From the NCBI GenBank assembly GCA_964440565.1, contig CAYTTB010000006.1, positions 3,199-67,198 on the forward strand: 64,000 nucleotides of DNA, in the 5' to 3' direction. Within the stretch, counting starts at the first letter, position 1. Every line of letters starts with the position of its first letter. The stretch comes from an uncultured Thermoanaerobaculia bacterium (GTDB taxonomy: Bacteria > Acidobacteriota > Thermoanaerobaculia > Thermoanaerobaculales > Sulfomarinibacteraceae). The translations under genes and the position numbers were made by a program. The notes beneath the pieces were generated by a model. That model was not told where the DNA came from and searched no databases. It saw only the letters and a program-made list of their open reading frames with translations. Below are positions 46,192-52,716 of the stretch, piece after piece.

Positions 46192-47524
46192 GGACCTGCT
46201 GCGCTGGTCGCTCCAGCGGCGGCTCGAGAAGGCGGGGCACGAGGTCCACCTCGCGGCGGACCTCGCCGAGGCCGAACGCCACCTGGAGCAGCACCAGCCC
46301 GACCTCCTCCTCCTCGACCTCGCCCTCCCCGACGGTCACGGGCTCGACTTCTTCGAGCGCAACCGGGAGAAGCTGGCGCCCACCGTGGTGATCGTCATGA
46401 CCGCCGTCGGCGAGGTCGAGGACGCGGTCCGGGCGATGAAGCTGGGCGCGCTCGACTTCCTCACCAAGCCCGTGGACCACGACGACCTTCTCGACCTCGT
46501 GCACCGGTCGCTCGAGCGCCGCCAGGAGCAGCTCGACGCGGAGGCGGCGCGGCGCGACCGGCAGCTCCTGATCAGCTCCGACATCGTGGCCCACTCCGAG
46601 GCGTTCCGGCGCACGCTGGCCATCGCGTGCGAGGTGGCCCGGTCGGAGATCGCCACGGTGCTGATCACCGGGGAGAGCGGGACCGGGAAGAACGTCGTGG
46701 CGAGGTACATGCACGCGGTGTCCTCGCGGGCCGAGCGTCCGCTCCTCGAGGTCAACTGTGCGACGCTGCCCGACCAGCTCGTGGAGAGCGAGCTGTTCGG
46801 TCACGAGCGCGGCGCGTTCACCGACGCCAAGACGCTCAAGCGGGGCACCCTGGAGCTCGCCGACGGCGGGACCGTGGTCCTCGACGAGATCGGGGAGCTG
46901 CGGCTGGACGTGCAGGCCAAGCTGCTCCAGTTCCTCGAGAACCGGAGGTTCCGCCGGGTCGGGGGCGTGCGCGAGATCCAGGTGGACACGCGGGTGTTCG
47001 CCCTCACCAACCGCGACCTCACGGCGATGGTGGCCTCGGGCGAGTTCCGCAAGGATCTCTACTACCGGCTCTCGGTCTTCCCCATCGTGGTTCCGCCCCT
47101 TCGCGACCGGCGCGAGGACATCCTCCCGCTCGCGCGTCATTTCCTCCACACCCTCCAGCCGAAGGTGGGACGGCGCTTCGACGGCTTCAGCCGCGAGGCG
47201 GAGAACCGCCTCCTCGCCCACGACTGGCCGGGCAACGTCCGGGAGCTCCGCAACGTCGTGGAGCGGGCCGTGATCCTCGCGCAGGGCCCCACGGTGGGCC
47301 CCGAGTCGCTGGTGCTCGACGTCCGGATGGCGGGCTCCGCGGTGGACGAGTCGTCCGCGGTCCGCGGGATCATCCCCCTGGCCGAGGCGGAGCGCCAGCT
47401 GGTGGAGCGCGCGATGGAGGCCGCCGGAGGCAACCAGACGCGGGCCGCGGAGCTGCTCGGCATCACGCGCGACCAGCTCCGCTACCGGCTCCAGAAGCTC
47501 GGGCTGCTTCCCCGCCGCAAGTGA
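46163..47524 (+). CDS. sigma-54-dependent response regulator (NtrC family bacterial enhancer-binding protein)
   Basis: REC domain (LIVEDE...DLLLLDLALPDG). AAA+ domain with GESGTGKNVVARYMH, the sigma-54 contact loop ESELFGHERGAFTDA and VRELRNVVERA. C-terminal Fis-type HTH RAAELLGITRDQLRYRLQKLG. Confidence 0.92.
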   Translation: MPLILIVEDEDLLRWSLQRRLEKAGHEVHLAADLAEAERHLEQHQPDLLLLDLALPDGHGLDFFERNREKLAPTVVIVMTAVGEVEDAVRAMKLGALDFLTKPVDHDDLLDLVHRSLERRQEQLDAEAARRDRQLLISSDIVAHSEAFRRTLAIACEVARSEIATVLITGESGTGKNVVARYMHAVSSRAERPLLEVNCATLPDQLVESELFGHERGAFTDAKTLKRGTLELADGGTVVLDEIGELRLDVQAKLLQFLENRRFRRVGGVREIQVDTRVFALTNRDLTAMVASGEFRKDLYYRLSVFPIVVPPLRDRREDILPLARHFLHTLQPKVGRRFDGFSREAENRLLAHDWPGNVRELRNVVERAVILAQGPTVGPESLVLDVRMAGSAVDESSAVRGIIPLAEAERQLVERAMEAAGGNQTRAAELLGITRDQLRYRLQKLGLLPRRK

Positions 47525-47526
47525 TC

Positions 47527-47542
47527 CGGCACGCAACTTGCA
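47527..47542 (+). promoter_or_regulatory. sigma-54 (-24/-12) promoter of the pseudo-receiver / 21-heme cytochrome / NHL operon
   Basis: CGGCACGCAACTTGCA matches TGGCACG-N4-TTGCA at every position but the first. It lies 3 nt after the regulator stop and 22 nt before GTG 47564, which has GAAGGAG as its RBS. Confidence 0.65.
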
Positions 47543-47563
47543 GGTCGGCGAGCCCGAAGGAGC

Positions 47564-47983
47564 GTGACGCGGATGCGGCTGATGCTGATGGAGGCGTCGC
47601 CAGTCACCGGCTGGCTGATCCGCCGGCTTCTCCCGCCGGACGTGGAGCTGGTGCAGGTCTCGGATCCCGAGGAGGCCGAGAGGGTGCTGCGCGAGGAGCC
47701 CCTCGACGGCGCCGTCTTCGGGCTCACCACGGCGAGCCTCCCGTGGTCGCGGCTGCGCGACCTGTGCGAGCGCCGGGTCCCCCGGATCCCGCACATGTGG
47801 TATTACTCCCTGTGCGAGGTCCCGGGCGACGGCGAGCTCTCGCCGGAGGCCGCGCCCGAGCTTCCTCCGGTTCTCCTCGAGGAGCTCGAGGAGCGGCTCG
47901 CACGGTTCCTTGCCCGGATCGGGGCGGGCCGCACGGAGCGTCCGGTGCGCGCCAACCCCGGGGAACGGAGGGTACGAGAGTGA
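47564..47983 (+). CDS. small cytoplasmic protein, possibly a degenerate receiver (pseudo-REC) domain
   Basis: 139 aa with very high GC3 throughout. Its RBS sits directly after a sigma-54 promoter. The RLMLMEASPV...VELVQVSDPEEAERVLREEPLDGAVFGL pattern resembles REC beta1-alpha1-beta2-alpha2-beta3, but with Gly where the phospho-acceptor Asp is expected (by-eye alignment). Confidence 0.5.
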   Translation: MTRMRLMLMEASPVTGWLIRRLLPPDVELVQVSDPEEAERVLREEPLDGAVFGLTTASLPWSRLRDLCERRVPRIPHMWYYSLCEVPGDGELSPEAAPELPPVLLEELEERLARFLARIGAGRTERPVRANPGERRVRE

Positions 47984-49689
47984 GGCGTGCGATGCTGCTG
48001 CTGGCGCTGGCCCCGGCCGTGGCGATGGCGGCGCGACACCCGCGGCTGGTCTCGGTGGAGAACACCCGCTGCACCACCTGCCATGCGGAGAAGACGCGCG
48101 GCACGACCGTGCATCCACCCGCGGCCGAGGACTGCACCACGTGCCATGAGATGACCATCGCCCCCTCCGGCACCACCGTGGCGCTGGCCGAGGAGGAGCC
48201 GGCGCTGTGCGTGGGCTGCCACGACGACAAGGCCGCCGCCGCGGAAGGCGAGCTGCCCTCCCCCCACGCCCCGGTCACGGACTCCTGCCTCGACTGCCAC
48301 GACCCGCACGCCACCGACACTCCACATCTCATCACCGCCGACTCGGTACCCGAGCTGTGCACCGGCTGCCACGATCCCGGCGACCTCGAGGGTCCGCACG
48401 GAGGCGTCCTGCCGAGGAACGCCCGGTGCACCGCCTGCCACCTGCCGCACGGCGGACCCAACCCGAAGCTGCTCCGCGCCGCCGGTCAGCACCCGCCGTT
48501 CGCGGAGGGCTCGTGCGACGCGTGCCACCGCAAGCCGCTCGGCCCGCGGATGCGGCTGCGCGGCCGGATCGGCCGGATCTGCTCCTCCTGCCACGGCGAC
48601 CTCACCGAGGGGAGCACGGTCACCCACCCGGCACTGGACCGGCGGCGCAATCGGCGCCAGTGCGTGGCCTGCCACGACCCTCACATGAGCGACGTGGAGC
48701 CGCTGCTGCGCGCCGAGGGACCGGCTCTCTGCGCGAGCTGTCACCCCGGTGAGGCGAAGGCGGCGACGGGGGACGGCGGTCACGCGCCCGCCGCCGAGGC
48801 GTGCACCACGTGCCACCAGCCGCACGCCGCGGCGCGCCGGTACCTCCTCGACGACGCGCCGCCCGAGCTGTGCCTGGGCTGCCACGACGCCGACGACCTG
48901 CGCGCGCCCCATCTCGGGGCCGATCCGGAGTCGCTCACGTGCACCGACTGCCACACCCCGCACGGCTCCGACAACCCGAAGCTCCTCGCCGCGAACCTCC
49001 ACCCTCCGCTGCTCGACGGGTGCGACACCTGCCACGAGGGGGCGTACGACCGTCTCGAGGCCGACGGCGGCTCCGAGCTGTGCCTGGCCTGCCACGACGA
49101 CATCGGCGAGGCGGCGGCGGCGGCCAAGGTCCCGCACCCGGCGATGGAGCTGGCACGGTGCGCCGACTGCCACAACCCGCACGCCTCGCCGCAGGAGCAC
49201 CTGGTGAAGGAGCCCGCGGGTGGCGAATGCCTCGCCTGTCACGACGACATGGGGCCCCGGGAGGGGGAGACCGCGCACGGGGTCATCACGCTGATCGGCT
49301 GCCGCGCATGTCACGAGCCCCACGGCGGACAGCGGCCCAGGCTGCTCCGGGCGGAGGGCGACGCCCTGTGCCTCGCCTGCCACGACGCGAGCCACGCCCC
49401 GGCGCGCGGCAGCTCGCAGCCGGTCACCGTGCTGGGGCGGTTCGAGGTACCGGCGCACGCCGCGCGGCGGATGGCGGTGGTCGAGCTCACCGACGGGAAG
49501 GGGCACCCCGTCAGCGGCCACCGCGCCGTGGGTCCACCCACCCGGCAGGAGGTGGAGCGGGCCGAGACGACCTTCACCGGCACGCTGGGCTGCCTCACCT
49601 GCCACGACCCGCACCGGGGACGGTACAGGCTGCTGCGCTGGGACGCGGAGTCCCCGTTCGCGGCGTGCTCCCACTGCCACCCGAAGTGA
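47980..49689 (+). CDS. 21-heme c-type cytochrome (modular, c7/doubled-CXXCH-like repeats)
   Basis: 569 aa from GTG 47980, which lies 7 nt after GGAGGG and overlaps the upstream stop. Signal VRRAMLLLALAPAVAMA. 21 CXXCH motifs counted, arranged in repeating H-P-P...C..CH / C..CHD / C..CH.PHG..NPKLL units. Confidence 0.9.
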   Translation: MRRAMLLLALAPAVAMAARHPRLVSVENTRCTTCHAEKTRGTTVHPPAAEDCTTCHEMTIAPSGTTVALAEEEPALCVGCHDDKAAAAEGELPSPHAPVTDSCLDCHDPHATDTPHLITADSVPELCTGCHDPGDLEGPHGGVLPRNARCTACHLPHGGPNPKLLRAAGQHPPFAEGSCDACHRKPLGPRMRLRGRIGRICSSCHGDLTEGSTVTHPALDRRRNRRQCVACHDPHMSDVEPLLRAEGPALCASCHPGEAKAATGDGGHAPAAEACTTCHQPHAAARRYLLDDAPPELCLGCHDADDLRAPHLGADPESLTCTDCHTPHGSDNPKLLAANLHPPLLDGCDTCHEGAYDRLEADGGSELCLACHDDIGEAAAAAKVPHPAMELARCADCHNPHASPQEHLVKEPAGGECLACHDDMGPREGETAHGVITLIGCRACHEPHGGQRPRLLRAEGDALCLACHDASHAPARGSSQPVTVLGRFEVPAHAARRMAVVELTDGKGHPVSGHRAVGPPTRQEVERAETTFTGTLGCLTCHDPHRGRYRLLRWDAESPFAACSHCHPK

Positions 49690-49705
49690 GACCGCGGAGG
49701 GACCG

Positions 49706-50746
49706 ATGCGACATCTGACCTGGCGTGTCCTCGCCGCAGCCCTCACGCTCTGGCTCGCCGGCTGCGCCTCCACCGGCCGGCGCCCCGTCCAGGACCCGTA
49801 CGCCGAGTACGTCTGGCCGCCGCCCCCCGACCCGCCCCGGATCCGCCTCGAGACGATCCTCACGGGCCGCGCCGACGTCGAGGCCGAGTCGGGATGGCGG
49901 AAGGCGCTGATCGGGGCCGGCCCGAAGAACCCGTACGACCGGCTCCGCAAGCCGTTCGGCGTGGCGTTCGACGGTCAGGGCCGGATCCTCGTCACCGACA
50001 CCGCGCTCCACGCGCTGGTGCGGTTCGACCGGGAGGGCCACCGCTACGACGTGTTCGGCACCCGCGGGCCCGCCCGGCTCCGCCTGCCGCTGGGTCTCGA
50101 CGTGGCCCCCGACGGGACCGTCTTCGTGGCCGACGCCGGGCGTGCCCAGGTGGTGGCCTACACCGCCGAGGGGAAGCTCGTCGCCCTCTACGGACAGCCC
50201 GGAGAGCTCGTGAACCCCACCGACGTGGCGGTGTCGCCCGACGGCACCCGCCTGTACGTCGCGGATTCCAAGGCGCACCGGATCGTCGTCTACGGCCGCG
50301 CCGACGGGCACCGGGAGGGGGCCTTCGGACGCCGCGGCGAGGGCCCGGGCGAGTTCGCCTTTCCCACCTCGCTCGCCTTCACCCCCGACGGCGACCTCCT
50401 GGTGGTGGACCAGCTCAACTCCAGGGTGCAGCTGCTCACCGACGAGGGCGAGTACCTCGACGAGTTCGGCGGGCTCGGGACCGGCTTCGGGAACTTCGTG
50501 CGCCCCAAGGACGTGGCCGTGGACCGGGAGGGGATCATCTACGTCACCGACGCGGCCTTCAACAACGTCCAGCTGTTCGACTCGGACTTCGAGCTGCTCA
50601 CCTTCGTCGGCGAGGGCGGCGCCGGGCCGGGGCAGTTCCGCATCGCCGCCGGCGTCGCGGCCCACGGCGACCGGTTCGCGGTGGTGGACCAGCTCAACCG
50701 GCGGGTGCAGGTCTTCCGCTACCTCCAGCCCCGCGGTGGGGAATAA
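49706..50746 (+). CDS. NHL-repeat beta-propeller lipoprotein
   Basis: Lipobox LTLWLAGC. Six NHL-like blades, for example FGVAFDGQGRILVTDTALHALVRFD, PLGLDVAPDGTVFVADAGRAQVVAY, PTDVAVSPDGTRLYVADSKAHRIVVY, GPGEFAFPTSLAFTPDGDLLVVDQLNSRVQLL, PKDVAVDREGIIYVTDAAFNNVQLF. Confidence 0.85.
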   Translation: MRHLTWRVLAAALTLWLAGCASTGRRPVQDPYAEYVWPPPPDPPRIRLETILTGRADVEAESGWRKALIGAGPKNPYDRLRKPFGVAFDGQGRILVTDTALHALVRFDREGHRYDVFGTRGPARLRLPLGLDVAPDGTVFVADAGRAQVVAYTAEGKLVALYGQPGELVNPTDVAVSPDGTRLYVADSKAHRIVVYGRADGHREGAFGRRGEGPGEFAFPTSLAFTPDGDLLVVDQLNSRVQLLTDEGEYLDEFGGLGTGFGNFVRPKDVAVDREGIIYVTDAAFNNVQLFDSDFELLTFVGEGGAGPGQFRIAAGVAAHGDRFAVVDQLNRRVQVFRYLQPRGGE

Positions 50747-50768
50747 TACGCACTCCGCCGCGGCCCCT

Positions 50769-50797
50769 GCGCGATTTCGCGCGCGCCCGAAGCGCGC
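50769..50797 (+). terminator. two adjacent GC-rich hairpins downstream of the NHL gene (candidate terminator or protein-binding palindrome)
   Basis: GCGCGA-TT-TCGCGC (50769-50782), then GCGCGC-CCGAA-GCGCGC (50781-50797). They start 23 nt after the stop at 50746 and lie about 150-175 nt upstream of the sigma-54 promoter at 50944. No U-tract follows. Confidence 0.3.
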
Positions 50798-50943
50798 GGT
50801 GTGCGCCCACCGCAGGGCGGCGCGCGTGCGCCGGCCGCGGGAGCGCCCGCGGCGCCCCGAGAGCGCGGCCTCCCGGGCGGTTCGACGGCGTGCAGGACGC
50901 CGCCGCGACGGGATCCGCGGCGGTCACCGCCCGCCCGCCCGCG

Positions 50944-50959
50944 TGGCACGCGCCTTGCA
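50944..50959 (+). promoter_or_regulatory. sigma-54 (-24/-12) promoter of the tetraheme cytochrome / PPIase / barrel / NHL / cytochrome operon
   Basis: TGGCACGCGCCTTGCA is a perfect match to TGGCACG-N4-TTGCA. It lies 59 nt before ATG 51018, with GGGAGGG as the RBS. Confidence 0.8.
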
Positions 50960-51017
50960 GCGGGAGGGGCGGCCCCCGGGAAGGGGCCGCGCGAAAAACC
51001 ACACGAGGGAGGGTCTG

Positions 51018-51665
51018 ATGAAGCGCATCGCAACTGTCACCCTGGCGGTCCTGGCCGCCGCGAGCCTGGCCGGGGCGGGCGTGGTCGGGTCCAAGCACGA
51101 CCTCAGCTCCACCGGCCCGGGGGCCACGACCAACGTGAACCGGGTGTGCGTGTTCTGCCACACCCCGCACCAGAGCGGGACCAACGTGGACCCGCTGTGG
51201 AACCACACCCTGTCCACCGTCACGAGCTACGGCGTGTACTCGTCGTCGACGCTGAACGCCACCCCCACCGACATCGGCGGCGGGAGCGCGGTGTCGAACC
51301 TCTGCATGTCGTGCCACGACGGCACGGTGGCGGTCCACTCGCTCTACAACGAGCCGAACGAGGTGGGCACCATCACCCTCACCTCGGGCGGCAACGTGGA
51401 CAGCAACGGGTTCATGACCGGCACCCCGAACCTGGGCACCGACCTCACCAACGACCACCCGATCAACTTCACCTACGACACCGCGCTGGCCAACGCCGAC
51501 GGCGAGCTGGTGGATCCGGCGACGAACAGCACGGTGGCCGGCCTGCTGTTCAGCGGCACGGTGCAGTGCGCGTCCTGCCACGACCCGCACGACGACACCA
51601 ACGCGCCGTTCCTCGTGATGAGCAACACCAACAGCGCTCTCTGCACCACCTGTCACATCAAGTGA
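51018..51665 (+). CDS. small tetraheme c-type cytochrome (paralog family)
   Basis: 215 aa. Signal MKRIATVTLAVLAAASLAGAG. CXXCH motifs: CVFCH, CMSCH, CASCH, CTTCH. Family motifs: GSKHDLS, VCVFCHTPH, PLWNH, LCMSCHDGT, GTDLTNDHPI, and the C-terminal NSALCTTCHIK. Confidence 0.88.
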   Translation: MKRIATVTLAVLAAASLAGAGVVGSKHDLSSTGPGATTNVNRVCVFCHTPHQSGTNVDPLWNHTLSTVTSYGVYSSSTLNATPTDIGGGSAVSNLCMSCHDGTVAVHSLYNEPNEVGTITLTSGGNVDSNGFMTGTPNLGTDLTNDHPINFTYDTALANADGELVDPATNSTVAGLLFSGTVQCASCHDPHDDTNAPFLVMSNTNSALCTTCHIK

Positions 51666-51699
51666 CCGTGGCCCGGGTCCACCGGGTTCTGCTACTGTC

Positions 51700-51726
51700 C
51701 GGGCGGGGCCGAGGCCCCGCCCGTTT
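51700..51726 (+). terminator. intrinsic-terminator-like hairpin (possible intra-operon attenuator) after the tetraheme gene
   Basis: GGGCGGGGCC-GA-GGCCCCGCCC followed by GTTT. It lies 35 nt after the stop at 51665 and 13 nt before ATG 51739. Confidence 0.45.
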
Positions 51727-51738
51727 CCTGGAGGTTCG

Positions 51739-52716
51739 ATGCGACGCGCCACCGTCCTGCTGCTCGCGCTCCCCCTCCTGCTCGCCGCCCGTCCCTCCGG
51801 CCAGGTGGTGGCCCGCGTGGGCGACCGGGTCATCACCCGCGCCCTCCTGGACGCCGCCGTGGACCAGGCCCTCAACTCCCGCTTCCGGCACGCGGCGCTG
51901 ACCCACGAGCGGCGCCTCCAGCTCGAGCGGGAGCAGCTCCGCACGCTGATCCGGAAGGAGCTGTCCGTGCTGGGCGGGCTCGACGCGGGGATGGAGCTGC
52001 CGCTTCAGGAGGCGGAACGGCGGCGGCGCGAGATCCGCGAGCGTCTCGGCCGGAAGCGGTACCGCGAGGGGCTCCGGGCCGCCGGGATGACCGTGCGCCA
52101 GCACCGCCGGGCCATCGCCGAGACCCTGCTCGCCGAGCAGGCCTACCGGCGGTTCGTGAAGGAACGGGCCGCGGTGACCGATGCCGACGTCCGCGCGGCG
52201 TACGACGCCGATCCCGGCCGCTGGCGCCGGCCCGAGGCCCGCCGGCTCCGCCACCTGGTGCTGGCGGTGCCCCCGGGCGCGGACGCCGCCACCGTCGCCC
52301 GCGTGGAGCGGGAGGCGCGGGAGCTCCTCCGCCGGATCCGGGCGGGGGAGCCGTTCGAGAAGCTCGCGGCCGAGCGCAGCGCCGACATGTACCGGATCCG
52401 CGGGGGCGACCTGGGCTGGGTCCACCGGGGCCGGCTGCTGCCGGAGCTCGAGGCGGCGGCGTGGAGCGCGACGGTGGGCGAGGTGGTGGGGCCGATCCGC
52501 ACGGACACCGGCTACCACCTGCTCCAGATCCTCGAGGTCCGGCCCGAGGCGCAGCTGAGCTTCGACGAGGCGGCACCCATGATCCGGAAGAAGCTGGAGG
52601 CCGAGCGGCTCGAGGCCGCCGAGTCGGCGTGGTTCGGCGAGCTGGCCCGCCGCCACCCGGTGGCGGTGCTCGTGCCCGAGCTGGCCGCCGCCTGGGACGG
52701 TGCGGGAGGTCGGTGA
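51739..52716 (+). CDS. exported parvulin-type peptidyl-prolyl cis-trans isomerase (SurA/PpiD-like chaperone)
   Basis: Signal MRRATVLLLALPLLLAA. N-terminal SurA-like helical region. PPIC domain RLRHLVLAVP...FEKLAAERSADMYRIRGGDLGWVHRGRLLPELEAAAWSATVGEVVGPIRTDTGYHLLQI. Confidence 0.85.
   Translation: MRRATVLLLALPLLLAARPSGQVVARVGDRVITRALLDAAVDQALNSRFRHAALTHERRLQLEREQLRTLIRKELSVLGGLDAGMELPLQEAERRRREIRERLGRKRYREGLRAAGMTVRQHRRAIAETLLAEQAYRRFVKERAAVTDADVRAAYDADPGRWRRPEARRLRHLVLAVPPGADAATVARVEREARELLRRIRAGEPFEKLAAERSADMYRIRGGDLGWVHRGRLLPELEAAAWSATVGEVVGPIRTDTGYHLLQILEVRPEAQLSFDEAAPMIRKKLEAERLEAAESAWFGELARRHPVAVLVPELAAAWDGAGGR

Noticed and set aside
51728-51741. GGTTCGAT string reminiscent of a tRNA T-arm
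   Set aside because: It is simply the RBS (GGAGG) plus spacer plus the ATG of the PPIase gene. No acceptor or anticodon stems can be drawn around it.
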